Shown here piece after piece: positions 30,839 through 41,030 of a stretch of DNA of 64,000 nt. The position numbers were made by a program, and so were the translations under genes. The stretch is taken from IMG/VR virus record IMGVR_UViG_3300021166_000052, positions 197,424-261,423 of that record; one strand, written 5' to 3'. Position 1 is the stretch's first letter; every line of letters begins with the position of its first letter. The stretch comes from a virus (taxonomy: Duplodnaviria; Heunggongvirae; Uroviricota; Caudoviricetes). Under the pieces are notes generated by a model. That model ran no database searches. It had not been told where the DNA came from and was given only the letters and a program-made list of their open reading frames with translations.

Positions 30839-31113
30839 AAAAAACAACTCAATGTAAAGGAATTTACTTGAAAGTTAAGGTAAATTCGTATATATTTGGT
30901 AATGAAAAGAATGACGGGACGATTCATCAAAATAAAGTTCTGAAACTTATTAAACGTAAATCTTGTTCAGGATGTAGCGATTGTCAAGTTATTTGGGATT
31001 ATTTACGGCAGAATCTTGATCATGACGAAACGATGCTAAATAGTTTAGAAAATAATATTATTTATAATGTCATTAAAACTGATACTGGTATACAGTTTAA
31101 TAAAATAAAATAA
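30835..31113 (+). CDS. hypothetical protein
   Basis: 92-aa ORF overlapping the upstream stop (ATGA). Confidence 0.4.
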   Translation: MKKTTQCKGIYLKVKVNSYIFGNEKNDGTIHQNKVLKLIKRKSCSGCSDCQVIWDYLRQNLDHDETMLNSLENNIIYNVIKTDTGIQFNKIK

Positions 31114-31131
31114 AGATGGAGGGAACATAAT

Positions 31132-31347
31132 ATGTCAGCAATTTACACCATATGTATATTTTTATTCATTGCTATTATTGCAAGGAACGTGTATAAATGT
31201 TTTAAACCAGTAATTGACAAAAACTCACAATTATTTGATGAACAACTACAATCATCGGTATTAGATAAAGATATCGATGTGACTGTTGTAAACAAAGATA
31301 ATAAAAAACTGGAAGATGAATTAAAAAAATTTAAACAGGAGAACTAA
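31132..31347 (+). CDS. small membrane protein
   Basis: N-terminal TM helix. Confidence 0.35.
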   Translation: MSAIYTICIFLFIAIIARNVYKCFKPVIDKNSQLFDEQLQSSVLDKDIDVTVVNKDNKKLEDELKKFKQEN

Positions 31348-31351
31348 TTGT

Positions 31352-32680
31352 ATGGATGGTACATGGGAAGAACGGCATGAAAAAATGAAGCAACAGCGAA
31401 CACAATTGGCATGGAAATTGTTGAAATTGGTAGTGTTGCCAATGATTTGTTTCCTGATTTTTATCAATATTATCAGTCATTGCATTGGTAATAATGCAGC
31501 AGGGACACGTACTGTTGTACAATATGTAAACGGGTCAATGTTTGTAAAATTTGATCCGGGTTGGTATATGAAGTGGTTCGGTAAAACGACAGTCTATAAA
31601 GATGTATTGACGTTTGATTTTGACCGTGATCAAAATTCATCACAAGCAACGATTGACCAGAAAGGTATCAGTGTTCGATATGGTCAAGATGGCGGTACTG
31701 GTCATGTATATGGTATTGCTCGGTTTATTCTTCCTGCTGATGAACCATCGATGATTTTGATTCATCGAGAATTTATGTCGTTTGAAGGTATTGCCTATAA
31801 ACTGGTGAAATCTGTTACGGAAGAATCAATGAACCTAACTGCTAGTTTGATGTCATCGGAGGATGCATATGCAACGAAACGAGCAACGTTCACTGATATG
31901 ACTCGCCGCCAGATTGCCAATGGACCATTTATTACTGATCAAAAATCAGTTGAACATAAAGATGAAATTACAGGAAAAACGACGACAGGTGTTATTTCAG
32001 TAATTAAAAATGACCCGTCAACCAATCTTCCAATGCATTCAAATTCGGATTTGAAAAAATATAATATCACGCTTACTAGCATTCAGTTGGGTGATCCTGA
32101 TTTTGAGGGTAAAACACTGGAACAGATCGCCGCCAAACGGGAAGCGACCAATGCTATTATTACCGCCAAAGCCAATGCAGAACGCGCAAAACAAGACGCT
32201 ATTACCGCAGAGGAACAGGGCCTAGCTAATGTAAAAAAAGCTCAATATGAAAAAGAAGTATTAAAACGACAGGCAACTGTTGACGCTGAAAAAGAGAAAG
32301 AGGTTGCTACCATCAAAGCTCAACAGGCGGTCGAAGTTGCTAGACAGTCAAAGCTGGAAGCAACTGAACGGAAGTTGGGGGCGGTTGAATATAAACAAGA
32401 GCAGGTATTAAAAGGTGAAGGTGATGGTGCATATAAGCGGCTGGTAATGGAAGCCGATGGCGCATTGGCACAAAAACTTGATGCAATTGTTAAAATCAAT
32501 ACCGCATATGCCCATGAATTTGGAAAACAAAAATGGGTTCCAGAAATCCAATTCAATGGTACTGGCGCAACAGGTCAACAGTCAGCGGCTTCTGATTTTA
32601 TGAGTATCTTAACGGCTAAAACTGCCAGAGATATAGGGGTTGATATGGGAGTGGGAACCCATTCTGGTTCAAAAAAATAA
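31352..32680 (+). CDS. SPFH/band-7 (flotillin-like) membrane protein with C-terminal coiled coil
   Basis: N-terminal TM helix. SPFH-like core. Long Ala/Glu/Lys/Gln-rich heptad region. Confidence 0.45.
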   Translation: MDGTWEERHEKMKQQRTQLAWKLLKLVVLPMICFLIFINIISHCIGNNAAGTRTVVQYVNGSMFVKFDPGWYMKWFGKTTVYKDVLTFDFDRDQNSSQATIDQKGISVRYGQDGGTGHVYGIARFILPADEPSMILIHREFMSFEGIAYKLVKSVTEESMNLTASLMSSEDAYATKRATFTDMTRRQIANGPFITDQKSVEHKDEITGKTTTGVISVIKNDPSTNLPMHSNSDLKKYNITLTSIQLGDPDFEGKTLEQIAAKREATNAIITAKANAERAKQDAITAEEQGLANVKKAQYEKEVLKRQATVDAEKEKEVATIKAQQAVEVARQSKLEATERKLGAVEYKQEQVLKGEGDGAYKRLVMEADGALAQKLDAIVKINTAYAHEFGKQKWVPEIQFNGTGATGQQSAASDFMSILTAKTARDIGVDMGVGTHSGSKK

Positions 32681-32699
32681 AATATATTATTAACGAGGG

Positions 32700-32727
32700 G
32701 GGAGTGATAACCACTCCCTTTTTTTTT
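32700..32727 (+). terminator. intrinsic terminator (gggagtg / cactccc plus T9)
   Basis: Stem-loop followed by a T-run after the SPFH gene. Confidence 0.55.
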
Positions 32728-32753
32728 AAAATAATAACCAAAGAGAGGAAAAT

Positions 32754-34529
32754 ATGTATAAACGATGGCTTGCTACTTTTTTGTTAGCTGTTTATTTTAT
32801 TACATTTGGAACCAATGTATTTGCTGCTGTTTCGGTACGAGTGTCATCTGTACCAAGTGTAAGGGTATCGGCCCCATCATCCGCGCCAAGAGTATCCAGT
32901 TCCAGTGTATCAAAGCCAACATCAACATCAGCAACAAAATCATTTACACCATCTACGGTAGTTACCAGTTCAGGTGCATCAGTTGCTAAAGTTGGATTTG
33001 CGGGGCCTAAAAATAATACATTCGCATTTTCAGAAAGTGCCCCTAAACCAACCACATCAATTGGTACAAAAAACGCTTATGCTCAAAAGGTTTCCCCAAA
33101 TACACCTGTAAAACAGGGATTTATGGGAACATCTATGTTCGATAAAAAGTCGGCAGTTGATATGAAAATATCAAGAGCAAACGAATCTAAAAAAGCGTTA
33201 ACTGCCGAAACAACTAAATATAAACAACAGGTTTCAACACCGTATACATTTAATAAATCAAGTCCTGTTTTTACAACCAGATCTAATACCCCGCCCCCAG
33301 CAGGTGGTTATCGTGTTTGGAAAACTCATAGGGAACATTATTATCAACAACGGAATTGGACACCGCCTACTTTTATTTATATTGGACAACCATATTATGG
33401 ACATTATCACAGTCAATATATGTGGTCAAATTTGGATAATATAAATGATGAAGAACAAATGCGTCTGGCATACCACCATATGCAAACCGAAGAATTTCAA
33501 AAATGGCGGGAAGATGTTAAAAAGGCAGGAGTTGAAAACCCTGAAGTTTTAGCTAAATTGAATGCGATGGATGCGAAATTATCGGCTATTACAGAACCTA
33601 AAAACCCGGATTATGTATCTACTAAAATACCAGCAGTGGTAATGTATTCAGATGAAGCATTGGAACAGATGCCGAAGGATGCAATTCCAACGGTTTATGA
33701 TTCTGGTAGTAAGGGTGGTGTATATCATCGATACTGTCAGTTTATTACAAACGCAAGTAAAGATGTACTTGATATTAAAGAAAACATGGAGCCCGATTTG
33801 TATAACAAAGTTCAGCGTTATATGAGAGGCGAAAGTGATATGTTTTCTGGGCCGGTTGATGGAATCAGTTTATTAACAAAATATAATACTGATGAATTTA
33901 AAAAAATGACATTCACCACGATCCCAATGTATAAAGAAGTCATTGTTATGATTTCTAGTAAAAAAGGACCGGTTGATGAAATGTCAGATTTAAATGAAAC
34001 AAATAATATTATTACCAGTATTAAGAATAGTGGTACTGATATTATGTGGAAAAATTTTGTTGACAGTGATAAGAAAAACAAGTATAATAAAGTGAATGTA
34101 GTCAATATGTCATTCGAAAATCCTGATAACGAAAATGGCGTGTTTGGTTACTTGGAAAAACATCCAAACACGGTTATTGTATTTCAGGGAGGTTTGAATT
34201 CTGATTTCCTAAAAGCTGCTGATGCACAAGCTGCTAAATATAATCTGCGGCTGATTAATATGGACGCTGATTTTATTGGGGATATTCAAAATACTGCAAC
34301 AAAAGAACCGTTGTATAGTGAAGTGACGATCCCTTCTGATAAATTTAAGAATCTTCAACATGGCTTTTTATTTAATCATTCAATTGATGCATATGTAATT
34401 GATTCAGTATTGGTGATTAGCAATAAATGGAAAGATGCCAATGGTGAAGATGTGGTAGATGAATTGGTAGCCAATTCTATTATCATTCAGGATAAAGTTG
34501 AGTCCTATGTTAATGGATATGAACTTTAA
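32754..34529 (+). CDS. secreted protein with Ser/Thr/Pro-rich low-complexity N-terminal region
   Basis: Signal peptide MYKRWLATFLLAVYFITFGTNVFA. S/T/P/V-rich linker. Confidence 0.5.
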   Translation: MYKRWLATFLLAVYFITFGTNVFAAVSVRVSSVPSVRVSAPSSAPRVSSSSVSKPTSTSATKSFTPSTVVTSSGASVAKVGFAGPKNNTFAFSESAPKPTTSIGTKNAYAQKVSPNTPVKQGFMGTSMFDKKSAVDMKISRANESKKALTAETTKYKQQVSTPYTFNKSSPVFTTRSNTPPPAGGYRVWKTHREHYYQQRNWTPPTFIYIGQPYYGHYHSQYMWSNLDNINDEEQMRLAYHHMQTEEFQKWREDVKKAGVENPEVLAKLNAMDAKLSAITEPKNPDYVSTKIPAVVMYSDEALEQMPKDAIPTVYDSGSKGGVYHRYCQFITNASKDVLDIKENMEPDLYNKVQRYMRGESDMFSGPVDGISLLTKYNTDEFKKMTFTTIPMYKEVIVMISSKKGPVDEMSDLNETNNIITSIKNSGTDIMWKNFVDSDKKNKYNKVNVVNMSFENPDNENGVFGYLEKHPNTVIVFQGGLNSDFLKAADAQAAKYNLRLINMDADFIGDIQNTATKEPLYSEVTIPSDKFKNLQHGFLFNHSIDAYVIDSVLVISNKWKDANGEDVVDELVANSIIIQDKVESYVNGYEL

Positions 34530-34540
34530 CAACAGGAGAT

Positions 34541-35302
34541 GTGATGTTAGATACTTTTAAAAAGAAGGTTGCTCAAGCGTTTTTTAAAACTGAACAAGTT
34601 GAAAAAACTCATGGACAGCAGCTAATAATGAACCCACTCGAAATGAAAGTTGGTAGTGTTTTTGAAATTAAAACAAATAATGATAGGATTTATAAATCAT
34701 TATTTAAAAAACAATCGGAATATAATGTTGTTGCGATTGGTGTAGCTAAATTGACCGAATTTGTAACGGCATATAGATTTTATGATTCGGTTAAAAATTC
34801 AGCAATAGCGGGTGTTGCTGATAGTTTTCTTCAAATATTGGTTAGTTCAAGAGGTAATGAACAGACCGTATTGGAGCGCCGGATGTTTCAGTTGAAAGCC
34901 GAAGATTTTCCTAAAAGCACCCTTGCTTGGAATAATTGGGTGGGCATGGAAGGAAGTATCATCGGTAAATTTGACGCATCATTTGAAGACCGGGCCTTCG
35001 AAAGATTAGAAGGTTGGTCAAGTACTGATGGTGAATGGTCCCCTGCCAAACATTATGTTGAACAGGTTGTAGAAAAAGTAGACGCATCGGTTATTACAGT
35101 TGTCACACACGATGCAATGTTGTATGGTAGATGGCTCAATGAGCAAAACCAAGTTGCTGAGTATATATTATATACAAGCGATTCGGTTAAAATAAATACA
35201 AAATCTAATGTATATCTTACTGCATCATTTGATGTGATTGAAGCAGTTGGAACATATGTTGGAATTGATGTAACTGAAAACGATATCGTTGTAAAGTTCT
35301 AA
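34541..35302 (+). CDS. hypothetical protein
   Basis: 253-aa ORF. Confidence 0.45.
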   Translation: MMLDTFKKKVAQAFFKTEQVEKTHGQQLIMNPLEMKVGSVFEIKTNNDRIYKSLFKKQSEYNVVAIGVAKLTEFVTAYRFYDSVKNSAIAGVADSFLQILVSSRGNEQTVLERRMFQLKAEDFPKSTLAWNNWVGMEGSIIGKFDASFEDRAFERLEGWSSTDGEWSPAKHYVEQVVEKVDASVITVVTHDAMLYGRWLNEQNQVAEYILYTSDSVKINTKSNVYLTASFDVIEAVGTYVGIDVTENDIVVKF

Positions 35303-35331
35303 ACCCAAACTAATCTTAAAGGAGATACATC

Positions 35332-36108
35332 ATGGGTAAGTTGGCACAGTTTTTTGGTAATTATGCAGTTGTAAAGAAAAATCAGGCATTCACCGGTATC
35401 ATTTCATCAATCGTTAATTTCGATCTTGATGGTGCGTCAGAAGCTGATTTGATGTCATATGAACAGAATTTGGATAAGTTGACGGTGATGGCCGCTGAAG
35501 CAAAGGATAATTTGAAAGTCCAACGGGACGAAGCGACCGCCATTGTTGAAGAATATAATACCAAGTTGGCCGGTATCAATATTCTGAAAGAGGATTATGC
35601 AACCGAAACCAATGAAACTGAAAAAGCAGACATTGAGCAGACCATTCGGGATGAAGTTACTGCCCTTCGTGCCCTTGAACCCGAAGTTGCTCGGGAAAAA
35701 CAGGAAGCCCTCGATGCGGAAGTTGATTATAATGAATTGAAGGAATTGGCCACCGCTTCCCGTGATGCATTGATTGGGGCGCGTAAGGCTATTGAAAATT
35801 CCCGTAAAAGTGTTGAACGGAGTGAACGGGCAATCGAACGGGAAAAAATCCGTGTTGATCGTGCCGCCGCCCTGAAGGGTCTGACTGACCGGGTGAGTAA
35901 TGTATCAGTCGCTCTTGAATCAATGAATAAACAGGCCAAGGAAAATCAGATTCAGGCCGATGCCCTTCGGATGAAAGCGGATCTTCTTGGTGGTGATAAA
36001 GAAAAGAAAAGTGATCGTATGAAAGATGCAATGGCTCGGGCCACTGGTAAAGGGTCAGTCGCTACTGAAAACATCGATGACCTTTTGGGTGGATTGAAGC
36101 CCATGTAA
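35332..36108 (+). CDS. coiled-coil protein, possibly PspA/IM30-like
   Basis: All-alpha, charged heptad-rich, about 250 aa. Resemblance is by composition and length only. Confidence 0.3.
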   Translation: MGKLAQFFGNYAVVKKNQAFTGIISSIVNFDLDGASEADLMSYEQNLDKLTVMAAEAKDNLKVQRDEATAIVEEYNTKLAGINILKEDYATETNETEKADIEQTIRDEVTALRALEPEVAREKQEALDAEVDYNELKELATASRDALIGARKAIENSRKSVERSERAIEREKIRVDRAAALKGLTDRVSNVSVALESMNKQAKENQIQADALRMKADLLGGDKEKKSDRMKDAMARATGKGSVATENIDDLLGGLKPM

Positions 36109-36130
36109 TTGGTTCCACCTGCTTGTATAT

Positions 36131-36160
36131 AAAAGGCCCCCATAATGGGGGCCTTTTTTT
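36131..36160 (+). terminator. intrinsic terminator (ggccccc ataat gggggcc plus T8)
   Basis: Perfect 7-bp GC stem and T-run. Confidence 0.65.
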
Positions 36161-36219
36161 TGTTGATTTATTTATAGTTATGTAGTATAAGTATAAATAA
36201 CTAATTTGGAGGCTCTATT

Positions 36220-37050
36220 ATGAATACAAAAAAATGTAATCAATGTATAGATTTTATTGGGACATATAAATATTGTCCAATGTGTGGTTTATATATTGGT
36301 GAAAATGATTATCATAAAACACAGGAACCCATTATTACAAATGAGGGGGGTGGTGATAATAAACAAAAAGAAACTCACCCTGCCTATGCACAGTTATCAT
36401 TTTCTCGTATTAACTCTTCGAAAAATGATAATAATACATTATATGGATCTGCAATTCGCCATCAAACTATTATCAGTATGAAAGTTTATAAATCTGAAAA
36501 ATATTATTCAAATTATACTGAAAATTATTTTGGATATGGTGTACCATATATTGAAGTGGAAATGTCACAAGCTCAGTTTTCTGAAGCCATTACTTCTATG
36601 AATATTGGATCGGGTGTCCCTGTAACACTGCGTTCTATCCGGGGAGAAGTTATTCCTCATTGTACAGAACTTACTATTCAAGAAAAAACCCAACGTGATT
36701 TAACTAATGTTTTAAAAACATTTGCTAATAGTTTAGTGTCATATAAACAAACTATTAATAGTATTTTGGATAAAAAAGGCCCCCTAACACAAACCGAAAA
36801 AACAAATATTAAAGGTGTATATTCTCAATTGTTTACAGAGATATCTAGTAATATCCCTTTTCTCAATGAATGTATGCAGGAAGCACTTGATAAAAATACT
36901 GCTGCTGCTAAAGCTGATGTAGAGGCTTTCTTTTTACATGCAATTACAAAGTTGGGTATGGATGCCATTCAAAATAATACTGATGTATTAAATGAACTAA
37001 CTCAAGATATGGATTTACGATTAATTAGTAATAACGATAACGAAAGGTAA
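36220..37050 (+). CDS. zinc-ribbon-containing protein
   Basis: N-terminal CNQC...CPMCG. Confidence 0.45.
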   Translation: MNTKKCNQCIDFIGTYKYCPMCGLYIGENDYHKTQEPIITNEGGGDNKQKETHPAYAQLSFSRINSSKNDNNTLYGSAIRHQTIISMKVYKSEKYYSNYTENYFGYGVPYIEVEMSQAQFSEAITSMNIGSGVPVTLRSIRGEVIPHCTELTIQEKTQRDLTNVLKTFANSLVSYKQTINSILDKKGPLTQTEKTNIKGVYSQLFTEISSNIPFLNECMQEALDKNTAAAKADVEAFFLHAITKLGMDAIQNNTDVLNELTQDMDLRLISNNDNER

Positions 37051-37057
37051 TAATTTA

Positions 37058-37414
37058 ATGCAAACATCATATTTTGCAAAATATCGTGGTGATAAAGGTT
37101 GTAATATTGCAGCATGGCCCATAAAAGGATTTACTGGTATGCTATATCCTAAACTCTATCCATATTGGAGTTTTTTTAGTGCATATAAAGACACCATGAG
37201 TCAAACACCAGAAAATTTTCTTCAAGCACAAGAAGCATATACTAAAGAATATTATAGAATGGTATTGGATAGACTTGACCCTAAACAAGTTTATAATGAG
37301 TTGAAGGGATATGTATTATTATGCTATGAGAAACCCGGAGATTTTTGTCATAGGAGGTTGGTTGCTGATTGGATCGAAAAATCTATCGGCATTGAAGTAC
37401 CAGAAATAGTTTAG
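37058..37414 (+). CDS. hypothetical protein
   Basis: 118-aa ORF. Confidence 0.4.
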   Translation: MQTSYFAKYRGDKGCNIAAWPIKGFTGMLYPKLYPYWSFFSAYKDTMSQTPENFLQAQEAYTKEYYRMVLDRLDPKQVYNELKGYVLLCYEKPGDFCHRRLVADWIEKSIGIEVPEIV

Positions 37415-37434
37415 CCAGTGAAAGGGAAGAAAAA

Positions 37435-37923
37435 ATGAGTAAAATGGTTTTTGTTATTAATAATATTTTTACATTTTCATGTGATCATTGTGGGTATATC
37501 GCTCGGTTTAATGTTAATAAAAAAATTATTAATACTCAGCTTGTTTGTAGAAATTGTTTGACCCGTCATGATATTCAACTATGTTTCCGTAAATATGCAC
37601 GAAAAGAATGTAGTATAGATGGTTATATTACAATCAATCAATCTCCTGTGAAATATATAATCAATATTGAAAATATATCATTGCATGGTTATAAGTTTAA
37701 ATTTTTTAATAATAATAGAATAACTATAGATGACGTAGTTATGATTAATTATCAATTACCCAACGAAAAAAAAGACGTTATTATTACAGAAGAGATAAAA
37801 ATTGTGCATCAAGATACCGATACACATTATTATGGATCAGTTGTAACCAATCCAGTTGATTATTCACATAATATAAAAGAAAAAGGATTCTGGTTAATGG
37901 GTGTAAATGTAGATGGTTTGTAA
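37435..37923 (+). CDS. Cys-rich hypothetical protein
   Basis: CDHCGY...CRNC. Confidence 0.4.
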   Translation: MSKMVFVINNIFTFSCDHCGYIARFNVNKKIINTQLVCRNCLTRHDIQLCFRKYARKECSIDGYITINQSPVKYIINIENISLHGYKFKFFNNNRITIDDVVMINYQLPNEKKDVIITEEIKIVHQDTDTHYYGSVVTNPVDYSHNIKEKGFWLMGVNVDGL

Positions 37924-38057
37924 AATATGTAATAATACATTAAAATATTCAAAAGAATACGACGCATATTATTGTACTGAATGTAATGAATGGGTAGAGT
38001 CAACTTGTATTGATCCGACCTGTGAATTTTGTATCAATCGACCGGAGAAACCAATAA

Positions 38058-38567
38058 ATGAATAAAGCTGATTTTCAACGATTACCTATAGGTTATAAAT
38101 ATTGTATGGATTGTTTTGGATTTACACCCCATACTAAAATAAATCAAAATGGTAACGATGTTTTTATATGTGATGTTTGTACTAATGAAATTGTTTGGTA
38201 CAATAATCCATGTGATTTATGTGGATATATTTTTGGAACTGAAGAAATATATGAACCCGATTATCACGAAGAAATTATTCATGGGGAAGGGTGCCATCTT
38301 AATACTAATCTTTTTGATTATACATTGCGTAGTTTTGTTGATAGTTTATCATATGAAGATCGGTTTAAATTATCTAATAAAATTAGATATGAAGAATCCA
38401 TTGAATGTGGTTGTAAATCGGTTGTAATCTTTCATAATAATCACAGAGTTGCATATCGGTCATGGTCAGTTTATTCGATGGATTGCATGAATGCAACGGA
38501 GTGGGAAGTTACAATGAAATGTCCTATTTGCGGTGAGTTATCAATATTTAGTGATGGTAGTTGTTAA
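38058..38567 (+). CDS. Cys-rich (multi zinc-ribbon) protein
   Basis: Multiple CxxC pairs. Confidence 0.4.
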   Translation: MNKADFQRLPIGYKYCMDCFGFTPHTKINQNGNDVFICDVCTNEIVWYNNPCDLCGYIFGTEEIYEPDYHEEIIHGEGCHLNTNLFDYTLRSFVDSLSYEDRFKLSNKIRYEESIECGCKSVVIFHNNHRVAYRSWSVYSMDCMNATEWEVTMKCPICGELSIFSDGSC

Positions 38568-38620
38568 ATATCAACAAAAAAATAAAGGTAAAACAATTGA
38601 AAAAAATTATAATTTAGACA

Positions 38621-39055
38621 TTGGGTTTGTTGGGATTATGTGTTAATGCAAACGCCACAATATCAACTAATACTCAATGTGGTTATGTATGTAATGTCGA
38701 AACAACCTATCAAGAAATCAGAACACTTGTTTATAAAAAAGTTATACATAATGATGATAAATCATTTGAGGATATGATTAACTCTCTACCACCCCCATCA
38801 GCGGGGCCGGGAAGTAAATTTCTTCAAAATAACATACCCAAACATAATGAATTACATGATTGTAAAAATTATCAAGATTGGGATAAATTATCACAAGAAA
38901 TAGCTAGTGGTGTTGACAACGGTTATAAAATGATTAATAATAAACTATTCACTAATTCTGGGAAAAGATATTTAAGGTGTAATGATCCTGATAATGTATT
39001 TTCAAAATATATTCAAAAATATCCCGATCTAGTCGATAAACGACCAGAAAAGTAG
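38621..39055 (+). CDS. hypothetical protein
   Basis: 144-aa ORF. Confidence 0.35.
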   Translation: MGLLGLCVNANATISTNTQCGYVCNVETTYQEIRTLVYKKVIHNDDKSFEDMINSLPPPSAGPGSKFLQNNIPKHNELHDCKNYQDWDKLSQEIASGVDNGYKMINNKLFTNSGKRYLRCNDPDNVFSKYIQKYPDLVDKRPEK

Positions 39056-39261
39056 GAAGAGTTTATACCAATATTACAAATAAGTTGGGTTGCTATTGAA
39101 AAGTAGGTATGTTATTATATATGTACACCACGCGATCATCCTTCCCATTGTGTTCCTCCTCCAACCCAACCTGTACCAGAGGGATCTACTATGATACTTT
39201 TTGGAATCGGTATATTGGGTTTGCTTGGTATATATAAATCTAAAAAATAATAGAGTATAAA

Positions 39262-39726
39262 ATGAATGAAATAACTGGTAATATTATAGATTTGGCCGAA
39301 CAAGGGCATTTTAATGCTATAATTCATGGTTGTAATTGTTTTGGAAATATGGGCGCTGGCCTCGCTAAAGAAATAAAACAACGATACCACTGTGCATATA
39401 AAGTGGATTATAGAACAATTAAGGGCGACAAATCTAAGTTGGGTACATATTCTTCAGTTTTAACAACGTCTAATGTCAACCCCGATTATAAATTTTATAT
39501 AATTAATGCATATACCCAATTCAGATATGGTGGTAGAACTATCAATGCAGACTATAGGGCCATCCGTAAGGTTATGAGGGCCGTGGCTGAAGATTTTAAA
39601 GAATGTGTACTAGGTATCCCATTGATTGGTGCTGGCCTCGCTGGGGGCGATTGGAGCCTAATTAAGGGTATTATAGAAGAAGAGTTGGTAAATAATAATT
39701 ATACTATTGTACATTTTAAAAAATAA
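39262..39726 (+). CDS. macro-domain protein (ADP-ribose binding/processing)
   Basis: FNAIIHGCNCFGNMGAGLAKEI and later GIPLIGAGLAGG resemble macro-domain Gly-rich loops. Confidence 0.5.
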   Translation: MNEITGNIIDLAEQGHFNAIIHGCNCFGNMGAGLAKEIKQRYHCAYKVDYRTIKGDKSKLGTYSSVLTTSNVNPDYKFYIINAYTQFRYGGRTINADYRAIRKVMRAVAEDFKECVLGIPLIGAGLAGGDWSLIKGIIEEELVNNNYTIVHFKK

Positions 39727-39728
39727 TC

Positions 39729-40256
39729 ATGAATGATAAAAAAATTACATTCAATGCAATTGATTTTGAAGCAAGTACGGGTCTTCGAACATCAGCATGT
39801 GCGGTTGCTATAGTTCGAGTTGAACAGGCTGAAATAAAAGAAGTATGGAGTACTTTAATTAAACCACCTAATAATTACTATTCACAAATGTGCATTGATG
39901 TGCATGGGTTGACACCTCAATGTACTATCAATGCACAGCCTTTTCATAAAATTTATCCAGAAATTATCAAACGTATTGATGGAATGCCTATTGTGGCCCA
40001 TAACGCTCGATATGACAAAAGTGTATTTGATGCATGTAGAAGTGCTATGTTTGCGTCTGATACATTAAATATGACCGAAAAGTGGTATTGTACATATAAA
40101 TTATATAAATCAATCCGAGAAGATAAATCTGAAGGATTGAAATTAAATAATTTATGTGATAAGTATGGAATCTCTCTTAATCATCATGATGCAACATCAG
40201 ATGCACTTGCATGTGCCCATCTATTTATTCATTATCTAAGAAATCATATCAAATGA
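39729..40256 (+). CDS. DnaQ-like (DEDDh) 3'-5' exonuclease
   Basis: Exo I DFEAS, Exo II HNARYD and Exo III HHDATSDA. Confidence 0.65.
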   Translation: MNDKKITFNAIDFEASTGLRTSACAVAIVRVEQAEIKEVWSTLIKPPNNYYSQMCIDVHGLTPQCTINAQPFHKIYPEIIKRIDGMPIVAHNARYDKSVFDACRSAMFASDTLNMTEKWYCTYKLYKSIREDKSEGLKLNNLCDKYGISLNHHDATSDALACAHLFIHYLRNHIK

Positions 40257-40675
40257 ACAGTAATTTTATACAACCATATATATACCTAAAACCATGTCCT
40301 TTTTGTGGAGAAGTGTATGATATATCATTAAAGATTGTTAAAGAAAATGGACAACCAGTATTACAAAATAATGAATATATTTGGTTTGTTGAGTGTCTAC
40401 CTTGTGATGCTGCGACCGGTTGGTATTCCATAGATAATCACAATCAACCAAATAAATCTGGGAAGGATTTGGCAGTAGATGCATGGAATCGGAGAAAATT
40501 TCCAGATTTTGATCAAACTACATGTGAAGAAATAATAATATATGCATCGACCATCGAAGAGTTAATAAATAAAATAAAAATATTAAAAATCGAAACAATT
40601 TTATCCATAAATTATGATATAAATAATCATAATAAAATAAAATGTACGATTATTCATGAGTTTAAATTAGGATAA
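40253..40675 (+). CDS. small zinc-ribbon protein
   Basis: ATG 40253 overlaps the upstream TGA (ATGA). CPFCGE...CLPCDA. Confidence 0.4.
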   Translation: MNSNFIQPYIYLKPCPFCGEVYDISLKIVKENGQPVLQNNEYIWFVECLPCDAATGWYSIDNHNQPNKSGKDLAVDAWNRRKFPDFDQTTCEEIIIYASTIEELINKIKILKIETILSINYDINNHNKIKCTIIHEFKLG

Positions 40676-41013
40676 TGTTCTATATGAAGTTTTATAGGTT
40701 TCAGTATAATAACTCTATAAATGATATAGAGTTAAAAGAATATCGTTTATATAAAGAAACCCCTAAAGGATATTGGATCATTCCTTTTTGGTTAGATAAA
40801 TATTCTTTTCGGTATGAAGATGATGCTAGTTTATTTAAAAAATTCATTTTAAAATCATCTAGGAAGAGGTTTGCATATCCTACTAGAGAAGAAGCATTAG
40901 AAAATTACATTAAACGAACTGAACGGTATGTTAAAATATTAAACGCACGACTTATAGATGCTAACATTGGTTTACGCCTCGCTAATAAATATACTATAAA
41001 TAAACAAAAATAA
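40675..41013 (+). CDS. hypothetical protein
   Basis: 112-aa ORF. Confidence 0.4.
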   Translation: MFYMKFYRFQYNNSINDIELKEYRLYKETPKGYWIIPFWLDKYSFRYEDDASLFKKFILKSSRKRFAYPTREEALENYIKRTERYVKILNARLIDANIGLRLANKYTINKQK

Positions 41014-41030
41014 TAATAGGAGTCATGTAA

